Virus record (IMG/VR): IMGVR_UViG_3300005613_000073
Location: 1 to 59,646 of that record
Length of the DNA: 59,646 nt
Strand: one strand, 5' to 3'
Source of the DNA: a virus
Taxonomy: Duplodnaviria; Caudoviricetes
Numbering within the stretch: position 1 is the first letter of the stretch; every line of letters begins with the position of its first letter. Made by a program: the position numbers and the translations under genes. Of this stretch, positions 20,185-27,996 are shown piece by piece. The notes beneath the pieces were generated by a model that saw only the letters and a program-made list of their open reading frames with translations, was not told the origin of the DNA and ran no database searches.

Positions 20185-22161
20185 TCATTCTCCTTTTTGA
20201 AGAGCGATAAATCCATCCTGGTTACTGACAAGTACGCCATAGTAATCAATCGGATCTTCGCTAATTAATCTGTTCACGTGCTTTCTCACTGTGGAAAGCT
20301 TTCTATCCTCTCCCATGTTTTGAAGCTCTGGGTATATATCATTGAGTCTATACTTACCAGGATTTAACTGGACTAATATGTTCAGGAAATCTTTGTCCTT
20401 GTCAGGAAGTTCTGCAGAAGCTTCTTTCTTAAGTTCAACTGGCTCAAGAATACCTATGGATTCGCCGTTAATGATAGATACTGATTCACGCTTATACCAT
20501 TTTGTCCTGTCTGTAGGAGCAGCCAGGTTCAGCTTTGCATCATCCATTCTTACATACCACTTAGAATATTCTTTTGGTATGGAAAAATCTTTGGCTTCCT
20601 TCTCTGACATAACGGATAAGGTATGTGAAAGCCTGGCAGCTGATATAAGTGAGCTGGCTCCCCTTGCTGTGTCTTGGTCTCCAGGAGCTCCAACACCATT
20701 CTTTTTTCTGGAGTGATGGACAAGAACTATACCACAGTGTGCTTTGTCTGCAATGTCCGTAAGTTCAAATACAACTCTATCAATTGCAGAGTTATCGTTC
20801 TCGTTGCAGTCATGGAGTCTGACAAACGGATCCATGTACACAAGAGATATCCCATAATTCTTAATCATGGTTACCAAATACTCTGAAACAGCCTTATCGA
20901 CTTGGAGTCCATCTTTAGTAGATCTAACCAACCTGAGAGGCAATTCCCTGCCTGAAGTGGTAAATAATTTCCCTTTCAGTTCTGACAATGGGATATTGTA
21001 GTATTTACATGCAGCTTCAAGTCTCATATCTATTTCTTCTTGAGGATCCTCAGCATTGTATACCCAGACCTTTCCAGGTTTTCTGATGTGTTCTCCTGAA
21101 ATGTTTTTTCCTGTTGCGTAAGATATTGCATCCATGAAAGCCAAAGTAGATTTTCCAACTCCACCTGGTGCAATGATTACTGATAGGTATTTCTTTAATG
21201 CTCTGAAACCAATAAGCCATTCTCTGGCTGGTGTTTTATGTGGATCAATATCTCCAGCATCGTGCATCCAAGACACGTTTTGCGTGAAAGCTTTGAAAGC
21301 TTCTTGAGCTTTTGCCTCTGGAGTAGCAGACCCTGGTCTTTTCTTAGCAAAGTTATAAGCGTTCTTTACTTTTAGTTCTATGCTCCCTTCCCAGGAGCTG
21401 TATGATTCTATCTTCTTAGCGTAGTAGTTATGCATTATTTCCGTGCATTGCAGTTCACTGACTGCAAGATCTCTAACAGAACAAGCTACTTTGTATATTG
21501 CATTATCTCTGTTCCCTTCATAAGCAGGCTCAGCCTGTTTAACATACTCGATAGCCCTTTCGATGTTTTCTGGAAGATCCCATTCTACAAGAGACACATC
21601 AGACTGTTCATCTCTTTTCATTTCTGTTCCTACTATCTTTGCGAGCCAGGCAGGAATGTCTCTAAATGGTATCTTGTTTATTATTTCATACTTTCCTTTT
21701 TCAAATTCGCAATCGAAAAGTACCACATAACCGCCAATACTTTTCATGTCCAGACCTTCTTTAAAGTTTGTCCTGGATGGTAAGCGACCCTTGAAGTAAT
21801 GATGAAAGCCACCAGATGGTGTTTTGACGGTGAAAGTTTCTTCCAGATTCTCGTTCTCTGTTTGCAGATCTGACAGTACTATAGATCCCTGCTTACCCTT
21901 GTGGTTGTCAACATCTAGCACAGCTAGTCCTGATTTCTCACAGTCTAATGCCCAGGAACAATTTGGATACTGCATACCCCAAGTCTTGACCTGTTCTACA
22001 TCATTAGAAGAGAGAGATCTCCAGCTGAACTTGTAGTGCGGGATCTTTTTTCCTGCTTGCAATGGAAAAACATATAATCCTGATTGAGCAGCTATTATAG
22101 CATTGTTCAATGTTCCCCCTTGATTATGAGGACACTTAATAGTATTATTAAGATGACTCAT
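20185..22161 (-). CDS. Bifunctional primase-polymerase fused to AAA_25/RepA-type helicase
   Basis: Prim-Pol motifs VFPL..GKK.P, VLDVD, TPSGGFHHYF, GGYVV; Walker A APGGVGKS; NAED, MDP, LVHHSRK, ARGASSL; alternative TTG start at 22110. Confidence 0.92.
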   Translation of the reverse strand: MSHLNNTIKCPHNQGGTLNNAIIAAQSGLYVFPLQAGKKIPHYKFSWRSLSSNDVEQVKTWGMQYPNCSWALDCEKSGLAVLDVDNHKGKQGSIVLSDLQTENENLEETFTVKTPSGGFHHYFKGRLPSRTNFKEGLDMKSIGGYVVLFDCEFEKGKYEIINKIPFRDIPAWLAKIVGTEMKRDEQSDVSLVEWDLPENIERAIEYVKQAEPAYEGNRDNAIYKVACSVRDLAVSELQCTEIMHNYYAKKIESYSSWEGSIELKVKNAYNFAKKRPGSATPEAKAQEAFKAFTQNVSWMHDAGDIDPHKTPAREWLIGFRALKKYLSVIIAPGGVGKSTLAFMDAISYATGKNISGEHIRKPGKVWVYNAEDPQEEIDMRLEAACKYYNIPLSELKGKLFTTSGRELPLRLVRSTKDGLQVDKAVSEYLVTMIKNYGISLVYMDPFVRLHDCNENDNSAIDRVVFELTDIADKAHCGIVLVHHSRKKNGVGAPGDQDTARGASSLISAARLSHTLSVMSEKEAKDFSIPKEYSKWYVRMDDAKLNLAAPTDRTKWYKRESVSIINGESIGILEPVELKKEASAELPDKDKDFLNILVQLNPGKYRLNDIYPELQNMGEDRKLSTVRKHVNRLISEDPIDYYGVLVSNQDGFIALQKGE

Positions 22162-22185
22162 TTATTTTACCTTTAGACCTGTTCA

Positions 22186-22422
22186 TCAGGTCTTTTTTTG
22201 TTTCAGATAGTTCTTGAAAAGCGGATTATCACTAGACTCTGGACAGTTCCAGTCAAACAAACTGGTCTGGTAACCTAGTTCATAAGCAGCTTTGTTCAAT
22301 CTTTGTGCGTGCTTCAGTTTACATCTCCTCCTTCCTGATAAGATATCGCATACTAATTGTGGTGAGATCCCTGACTTTCTGGCCATTTCTGAGATGTCTC
22401 CATGCTTGAATTTCTTTTCCAC
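22186..22422 (-). CDS. Cro/XRE-type HTH regulator
   Basis: ISEMARKSGISPQLVCDILSGRR; GTG start with GGAGG; first gene of the leftward operon. Confidence 0.82.
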   Translation of the reverse strand: MEKKFKHGDISEMARKSGISPQLVCDILSGRRRCKLKHAQRLNKAAYELGYQTSLFDWNCPESSDNPLFKNYLKQKKT

Positions 22423-22452
22423 TTTATCCTCCTATAAGTTTTGCGTAAATTA

Positions 22453-22481
22453 ATAATACGCAGATATGTCATTTTACGCAA
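22453..22481 (-). promoter_or_regulatory. Leftward sigma70-type promoter, overlapped by a TTGCGTAAA inverted repeat (22441-22449 / 22473-22481)
   Basis: Minus strand TTGCGT-17 bp-TATTAT. Confidence 0.65.
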
Positions 22482-22522
22482 GTGGTTTTTTGGTACGAGG
22501 TCAATACTAAGGAATATTTTTA

Positions 22523-22550
22523 TTGACATGTATTACGATAGGAGTATACT
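22523..22550 (+). promoter_or_regulatory. Rightward sigma70-type early promoter
   Basis: TTGACA-16 bp-TATACT with an AT-rich upstream tract. Confidence 0.7.
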
Positions 22551-22598
22551 TAGAAGTATGAAGGTCAGATGACCGAACAAAATTAAAGGTGGTACATC

Positions 22599-22760
22599 AT
22601 GAAAAACCAATTTAAACATTTCAGTAAAAGTCAGTTGAATCTTATTGCTGGCAATTTAGAAAACTTACTCAGTGACAAAAGCATACCTTCCTATATAAGA
22701 GCAGAGAAAAAAGAAAAGCTTGAAATAATAGAAAACATTTTAAAAGGAGAAAACAAATGA
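22599..22760 (+). CDS. Hypothetical early protein, 53 aa
   Basis: AAAGGTGGT RBS; MKNQFKHFSKSQLNLIAGNLENLL... Confidence 0.6.
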   Translation: MKNQFKHFSKSQLNLIAGNLENLLSDKSIPSYIRAEKKEKLEIIENILKGENK

Positions 22761-22812
22761 ATGAATTAGAAGGTTTCAAAAACTGCTTAGATCATAGTGA
22801 AGGAGTGTAATT

Positions 22813-22959
22813 ATGAAAAAACACCAAGTAACAAAAGAAATGATCGAAAATGCTGATGTTGTAGACGTGGAAATAGTATGGGATGATAAGCTTCAGGAAA
22901 TACAGGACAGAGCGCATGCTCTGTTCGCAAAGCTTGATAGCCAAAATATAGAATATTAA
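22813..22959 (+). CDS. Hypothetical early protein, 48 aa
   Basis: AGGAGTG RBS; MKKHQVTKEMIENADVVDVEIVWDD... Confidence 0.55.
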   Translation: MKKHQVTKEMIENADVVDVEIVWDDKLQEIQDRAHALFAKLDSQNIEY

Positions 22960-22973
22960 AAGGGAGTGTAATC

Positions 22974-23630
22974 ATGAAAAGTAAAAAATTTAAAAATCTA
23001 GAAGAAGTAAGAAACTGGATTATTGAAAATCTTGAGCCAGCAATGGTTCAGCACCCTTTAAGCAATTCAACCGCTTTCTGGAATTTACCAGAAAGTTTGG
23101 TAACAAATTGGGTATATTCGGCAGAATTTGAGGAAAATTCTGGTAATATAATAGGTGATTATGTGAGAGAAGTTATAATCTTTTCTGGGTATTCGGAAGG
23201 AAAGGTATTTTATTATCTAAAATACAATACCTTAGGCGATGATATGATCGGATATGCAGGGAATACTAATATACCTATTATATCAGAAAATAGTCTGTTT
23301 TCTTTTCAAAAACATTCAACAAATTCAGGGTCTTTCTCCAATCCAGAATTTATACCCAAAATTTACAAAAAGATAACAGAACCTAAGTTTGAGTATAATA
23401 CAACTTCAAACGGATCTGCTTTTTCACGAAGTATAGAAATCGTTTGCGTATCTTTGATGCGTAAATTCGATGGAAGAAGTTATAAGAATATAGTAGAATT
23501 ACCGGGAAGAAAATATGCAATAATCTCCTATGTAGAAGGAGATGCTTATTACTTTGATAGTTTAAAATTCCGAGAAATCTCGGAAAGAGAAGCATACGAC
23601 TATATACAAAAATGGAAAATAGAAGATTAG
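22974..23630 (+). CDS. Hypothetical early protein
   Basis: 218-aa ORF with GGGAG RBS. Confidence 0.7.
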   Translation: MKSKKFKNLEEVRNWIIENLEPAMVQHPLSNSTAFWNLPESLVTNWVYSAEFEENSGNIIGDYVREVIIFSGYSEGKVFYYLKYNTLGDDMIGYAGNTNIPIISENSLFSFQKHSTNSGSFSNPEFIPKIYKKITEPKFEYNTTSNGSAFSRSIEIVCVSLMRKFDGRSYKNIVELPGRKYAIISYVEGDAYYFDSLKFREISEREAYDYIQKWKIED

Positions 23631-23636
23631 TATTCC

Positions 23637-23669
23637 AGCCTTGCAGGTTCAAAGCTTGCAGGGCTTTTT
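23637..23669 (+). terminator. Rho-independent terminator
   Basis: GCCTTGCAGG...CTTGCAGGGC stem with G-U pairs, then TTTTT. Confidence 0.55.
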
Positions 23670-23696
23670 AATCAAAAAAAAATAAGGTGGTTAATT

Positions 23697-23897
23697 ATGA
23701 AATGTTTAGGATTAAGTTATTCAAAAGTTAGTTTTTATTTAGATGACAAAAAAGTCATCGTTGAGTGTCCGGAAAGTTTCCCAGTCTGTGCTTGTTCAGA
23801 ATACGAATTAAAACAAGTCCAATCGAAGTATATTTATAATATTATTTTAACTGAAAAGCAGAAAGACAAGTATTTGCATACTATTAAAGTATATTAA
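23697..23897 (+). CDS. Hypothetical protein
   Basis: AAGGTGGT RBS; 66 aa. Confidence 0.6.
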   Translation: MKCLGLSYSKVSFYLDDKKVIVECPESFPVCACSEYELKQVQSKYIYNIILTEKQKDKYLHTIKVY

Positions 23898-24055
23898 AAA
23901 AACTTAAAGGTGGTACTATTATGAGAAAAGAAAAAACAAGTCCAATCGAAGTATATTTATAATATTATTTTAACTGAAAAGCAGAAAGACAAGTATTTGC
24001 ATACTATTAAAGTATATTAAAAAAACTTAAAGGTGGTACTATTATGAGAAAAGAA
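23810..24055 (+). repeat. Exact 123-bp tandem duplication
   Basis: 23810-23932 matches 23933-24055, including the RBS and ATGAGAAAAGAA (ATGs at 23921 and 24044). Confidence 0.92.
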
Positions 24056-24709
24056 CAACTTTACAGACTATCAAAGGGTATAAAAAAGAAGTCAAAAAAA
24101 GAGATTTATACAGATATTATTAATTCCGCTGTAATTATTGAAAACGATTCTTCTTTACAAAATTTGTTTGTTGATTTATTTAATTTCTTTCAACCAACAA
24201 TAAGTAAAAAAGATAAGTTCATTGTTAATGCTATAGATAAAAATCACTATAAACCATCATTACTTTACGCTAGAGTTGAGAACGGTTATATAAGTTCAAC
24301 TGATGGTAAAAGGTTGCATCAGGAAACAACAACTTTAAAAAATGGCTATTATGATAGGAATATGAATAAAGTATATGAACTAGATACAAATGAAGTTTGC
24401 TTTCCAGAATGCAATGAAATTACAGAATCAGCGGTTAAAAAAAATAAAAGTCATTTAAATATTACAGTAAAAGATTTTATTGTTATGCTTGAAATGCATA
24501 ATCCAGCTCAGAATCAAATAAAAATAAAGTTTGGTGATGAGAACTATTACTTTAACCAAAAGTATATATATGATGCCTTATCTGGTTTAAAGGATGATGA
24601 TATAATAGATATATATTATAATGAAAATAATACTTTAGCACCATTGCTTATTAAAGTTGAAACCAAAAATAAAAGATTGGCATTAATTATGCCAATGCGA
24701 AAACAATAA
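24044..24709 (+). CDS. Beta sliding clamp-like protein (partial fold)
   Basis: STDGKRL, FPE, FNQKYIYDAL, APLLI and C-terminal LIMPMR mirror DnaN motifs. Confidence 0.6.
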   Translation: MRKEQLYRLSKGIKKKSKKEIYTDIINSAVIIENDSSLQNLFVDLFNFFQPTISKKDKFIVNAIDKNHYKPSLLYARVENGYISSTDGKRLHQETTTLKNGYYDRNMNKVYELDTNEVCFPECNEITESAVKKNKSHLNITVKDFIVMLEMHNPAQNQIKIKFGDENYYFNQKYIYDALSGLKDDDIIDIYYNENNTLAPLLIKVETKNKRLALIMPMRKQ

Positions 24710-24793
24710 AAGGGAGTAAACAAATGAACGATGAAATAAAAGTATTAAAAGCCAAAATAATTAAATTTGGAAGATGAACTAGGAGGATAAATA

Positions 24794-25183
24794 ATGGCTA
24801 CAAAAAAAGAAATGGAAAAAACAATTAAGATCCTGCGAGGGGAACTGAAAGCTGCCAATGATAATGCTAGAATGCTTTTTGAAAAAGCAAACATTTTTGA
24901 TGAAATTAAAGCTGAATTAGATAAGAAAGCTAAATTAGTGTCATGGTATATAGAAGAAAACACCAGATTAGTAAATACTTTAAGGCACTCACAGGACAAA
25001 GTCAAAGCTCAGCAGATAGCAATAGAAGAAAGGGACGAATTAATTCAGGGCTTGGAGTCCTCACTCGAAGCCTTCCGGCAAAATGAGAATGAAATGGCTA
25101 CAAAAATCATTGAACAGGAAGGAATTATCGAGGCACTTAATCACGCATTGCACCTCATGTTTGAAAAACAAAGAGTCAATTAA
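24794..25183 (+). CDS. Coiled-coil hypothetical protein
   Basis: GGAGG RBS; heptad-rich. Confidence 0.7.
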   Translation: MATKKEMEKTIKILRGELKAANDNARMLFEKANIFDEIKAELDKKAKLVSWYIEENTRLVNTLRHSQDKVKAQQIAIEERDELIQGLESSLEAFRQNENEMATKIIEQEGIIEALNHALHLMFEKQRVN

Positions 25184-25198
25184 AAAGGAGAAAGAATA

Positions 25199-25546
25199 AT
25201 GAATAATAAAATTAAAGAGATATATATTGATGTGTTTGACAAAGAGCCTATAGGTACAGAACAGGAAGCACTCAGAGACCTCTTCAAGGAGGCCTTAGCT
25301 CAAGAGAGCTTCCACGGGGTATTATATTGTACTACGCATAAGCCAGAGGCTGTGAAGTATAGCGAAAATTCAAGCAAGCTTTTTGGTCCAAAAGAGATCC
25401 TGGAGCTGAGCAATCAGGCTTTTAATTATTGTCAGGATGTAATACGAAATGAATTTTACGTCATTAACAAAAAAGAAGATAAATACTATTTCAGCTACTA
25501 TCATTTACCCTGCAAGATTGATGTAAAAGGAGAAGACAATGAATAA
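25199..25546 (+). CDS. Hypothetical protein
   Basis: AGGAG RBS; 115 aa. Confidence 0.65.
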   Translation: MNNKIKEIYIDVFDKEPIGTEQEALRDLFKEALAQESFHGVLYCTTHKPEAVKYSENSSKLFGPKEILELSNQAFNYCQDVIRNEFYVINKKEDKYYFSYYHLPCKIDVKGEDNE

Positions 25547-25697
25547 AATGATTAAAGTGAAAGAGACAACCTGGTCTTTATTGAAAGACATAAGAGATAT
25601 AGAGCGCAAAAAACAGGACAAAACACTCACTTTAGGTGCTACTATCAGGCACTTATGCTTAATATATCTTAAAGAGGATCTGAAAAACAATGATTAA
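25539..25697 (+). CDS. Putative ribbon-helix-helix DNA-binding protein, 52 aa
   Basis: Not in ORF track: MNKMIKVKETTWSLLKDIRDIERKKQDKTLTLGATIRHLCLIYL; strand-helix-helix pattern; GGAG RBS. Confidence 0.5.
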   Translation: MNKMIKVKETTWSLLKDIRDIERKKQDKTLTLGATIRHLCLIYLKEDLKNND

Positions 25698-26277
25698 AAA
25701 AGAAGTTTTAAAATACATAAAAAGAGTAAATGCTATTAACCAGAAAAGCATAATGAGTAGAGTTCATGTTGAGAATGGTATACTTTGTGCCTTGTCGGAA
25801 GATGGTTCGATAGGACTTACAGCCCCTACAGAACTTAGAGACGGGCAGTACAACACAAGAGGACTGCCAGACTCTACTATTTTTTATAGCAAAAGGCCAA
25901 AAGAAAACAGCCTGGTTGATAAAAATGGAATACCTCTATCTTTTATACAGGAGGTAGTTAGTCCTCCAAGAGCATCAGTTCTTTTATCAATTTTTCCTGA
26001 TGCTTTTCATGCCAGATTGTTCAATGATAGGTCTGAACTTCTTAAAGAAGATATAGAAGCTGAAAAAAGAACATCAATAAAAGTTGAAAAGCAAAAAAAC
26101 TTCATCAACATTAACGGCAACATGTTTTATGAATCGAAAATAAAAAGAGTCTGGGATCCTGAAGAATGCATGGATCTGATAATCAGTGCCGATAAAAAGC
26201 TGAAACATAAAGTGCTAATTCTACGACCCCAGGATGCCGCAGGAGTTTCTATAGTTTTGGCTCCTGTTAGGGTTTGA
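25690..26277 (+). CDS. Hypothetical protein, possible degenerate paralog of the clamp-like protein
   Basis: RVHVENG...DG...GQY and C-terminal VLAPVRV parallel 24044-24709. Confidence 0.55.
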   Translation: MIKKEVLKYIKRVNAINQKSIMSRVHVENGILCALSEDGSIGLTAPTELRDGQYNTRGLPDSTIFYSKRPKENSLVDKNGIPLSFIQEVVSPPRASVLLSIFPDAFHARLFNDRSELLKEDIEAEKRTSIKVEKQKNFININGNMFYESKIKRVWDPEECMDLIISADKKLKHKVLILRPQDAAGVSIVLAPVRV

Positions 26278-26323
26278 AAATGGAGGTGGGATGTGAACGG
26301 AACAGAAAACATGAGGAGAAAAA

Positions 26324-26398
26324 ATGAACAAAACAAGAAACATAATATTTTTAACGGTGCTATTTAGCCTATTCTTACTGGCTTTGTGGGTGGCGTGA
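26324..26398 (+). CDS. 24-aa single-pass membrane peptide
   Basis: GAGGAG RBS; MNKTRNIIFLTVLFSLFLLALWVA; TGATG coupling to next ORF. Confidence 0.4.
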   Translation: MNKTRNIIFLTVLFSLFLLALWVA

Positions 26399-26604
26399 TG
26401 GAAAATAATTTTTCTAATTTTTGTAAAAAAGTAAAAGATAAATTGCCCAATAAATGTAACCACATGGGCAAATGCATTGAAGAGGAATACGGAGATATTA
26501 TGGAGCATATCGAAAAAACAAGAGACAGGCGAAGAGCTGTAGAAAGAAGAATGAAAAGAAAATGTAAAAACTGTTGGAGGAAAAATGAAAAATCACACAC
26601 ATAA
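26398..26604 (+). CDS. Hypothetical Cys-containing protein
   Basis: ORF track 26386-26604; coupled ATG at 26398. Confidence 0.45.
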   Translation: MENNFSNFCKKVKDKLPNKCNHMGKCIEEEYGDIMEHIEKTRDRRRAVERRMKRKCKNCWRKNEKSHT

Positions 26605-26755
26605 AAAAGTAGAATGGAACCTGCCGGCCGGTAAAGCACCTAATACAGGTCAGAAGCTTCATAAATGTGCAAATTGCAAAACCAGGCAATTCTTCTGCAT
26701 TGACGAGACTGAAAAGATGTGCTGGAAATGTAAGCATAAGGAGTTTGTTGTATGA
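26585..26755 (+). CDS. Zinc-ribbon protein, 56 aa
   Basis: Not in ORF track: GGAGG RBS; CANC...CWKC; ATGA overlap with next gene. Confidence 0.65.
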   Translation: MKNHTHKKVEWNLPAGKAPNTGQKLHKCANCKTRQFFCIDETEKMCWKCKHKEFVV

Positions 26756-26943
26756 ACTTCTATAAAACAGCAAGAAAGATAAACGGCTTCTCGAAAGAGG
26801 AAGCTGCTCAAAAAGCTGGGATTACTTGCGAAGAATTGACAGCTATCGAGACAGGTAAATTTGTGCCAGATCATAAACTCAGGGACAAATTAATGTCAAT
26901 ATATTATGTTATTTTCTGTGCAGAAGATAAGGGGGTATTATGA
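26752..26943 (+). CDS. XRE-family HTH protein
   Basis: KTARKINGFSKEEAAQKAGITCEELTAIETGKFVP. Confidence 0.85.
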   Translation: MNFYKTARKINGFSKEEAAQKAGITCEELTAIETGKFVPDHKLRDKLMSIYYVIFCAEDKGVL

Positions 26944-27425
26944 CCTTTTTCAGCCTCGAGAAAATAAGAAATGCCTCAACCATAGTATCCGGACATGTGG
27001 CACGCAAAACATGCCAAATGGCACGAATTTGCGTAAAACATACCTGCACAACTACTGCACCAAAGGGAGTAGCGATCAGCATATTACGCAGAATACCCCT
27101 GGAGGTATACAAGAATCCTAAAAATGCTCTCAAATGCCAGATGGCACGCATTTGCGTAAATTGTACCGCACACCCTCTGCACCTAGGTGCACACTTGTGC
27201 CAGATGTCCGTTTTGCGTAATATCGCATGCCAGGTGGCACGCATTTGCGTAAAGTGTGCTAGAGACCTACTGCACCATAGTCTGCACAGGTGTCGCCTTT
27301 TAAGTGGCATTTTGGTACTAAGTGTACCCCCTAAAGGGGGTAACACACTTAGTATCTTCCCTGAAGGTCGATACACGTGTTCCGCCTCGGCTCACTTAGT
27401 CCAGTTCCCAGGGTTGATTTTATGA
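26940..27425 (+). CDS. Possible Cys-rich repeat protein overlapping the putative origin
   Basis: 161-aa ORF, AGGGGGT RBS, ATGA overlaps at both ends; C-Q-(M/V)-ARICV three times; atypical composition. Confidence 0.35.
   Translation: MTFFSLEKIRNASTIVSGHVARKTCQMARICVKHTCTTTAPKGVAISILRRIPLEVYKNPKNALKCQMARICVNCTAHPLHLGAHLCQMSVLRNIACQVARICVKCARDLLHHSLHRCRLLSGILVLSVPPKGGNTLSIFPEGRYTCSASAHLVQFPGLIL
26997..27354. repeat. Iteron-like repeat array plus hairpin (putative replication origin)
   Basis: 27-bp units at 27011, 27134 and 27227 (degenerate at 27197); five CTGCAC; hairpin at 27316-27354. Confidence 0.7.
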
Positions 27426-27859
27426 AATGGATATTATATCTTGAACCTGTTTCTCAGGGTAGACCGAGAACAGTCAGGATGAAAAATGGTCATGTCATGA
27501 CTTACACTCCTGAGAAAACAAAGAACTTCAGGGAAGCTGTTCTGCTCCTGCTGCAACAGGACAGACCTGAATATCTTTTGGAAGGTGCAATCAAATTGAC
27601 AATCAGGTTCTACAGATCTATACCGAGATCCTGGAGTAAGAAGAAAACTAGAGCAGCAGTTGAAGGTGATATCATGCCTGTCACCAAGCCTGATCTGGAT
27701 AATTATACGAAAGCAGTCAAGGATTCAATGAAAGGTGTGGTCTGGGTAGATGATAGCCAGGTTGTTGAGTATGGTGTAGGTCATGGGAAGTACTACTCAG
27801 AGGTTCCCAGGATAGAAATAGAAGTTGAAGAAATCAAGTCCAGGAATCCCCTGGCATAA
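27422..27859 (+). CDS. rusA: RusA family Holliday junction resolvase
   Basis: PVSQGRPR, YTPEKT, KPDLDNY.KAVKD, WVDDSQVV, PRIEIEV. Confidence 0.92.
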   Translation: MKWILYLEPVSQGRPRTVRMKNGHVMTYTPEKTKNFREAVLLLLQQDRPEYLLEGAIKLTIRFYRSIPRSWSKKKTRAAVEGDIMPVTKPDLDNYTKAVKDSMKGVVWVDDSQVVEYGVGHGKYYSEVPRIEIEVEEIKSRNPLA

Positions 27860-27873
27860 AATGGAGGAAACAA

Positions 27874-27996
27874 ATGAGAGACAGAATCGAAGAATTAATT
27901 AAAAAGTTCACACAAAAACACAACAAGCTATGTACGTGCAAAGTGTGTTGCTTTGCTCGTGCTATCAAAGAAGCGATGGAGGCGACTCATGGCTAA
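27874..27996 (+). CDS. Small Cys-rich hypothetical protein, 40 aa
   Basis: GGAGG RBS; MRDRIEELIKKFTQKHNKLCTCKVCCFARAIKEAMEATHG. Confidence 0.5.
   Translation: MRDRIEELIKKFTQKHNKLCTCKVCCFARAIKEAMEATHG

Noticed and set aside
19500-22600. Integrase or att site explaining tandem prophages
   Set aside because: No recombinase gene, tRNA or direct-repeat att core is visible at the junction.
24724-24790. Short ORF MNDEIKVLKAKIIK that would extend with a one-base deletion
   Set aside because: Too short to tell a pseudogene from a sequencing error or chance.
27011-27253. Palindromic 27-bp repeats as a mini CRISPR array
   Set aside because: Spacers are very uneven (96, 36 and about 5 bp), they share motifs, and no cas gene is present.
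26909-27376. 155-aa minus-strand ORF over the repeat array
   Set aside because: Antisense to the operon and lacks an RBS; openness is explained by the GC-richer palindromic repeats.
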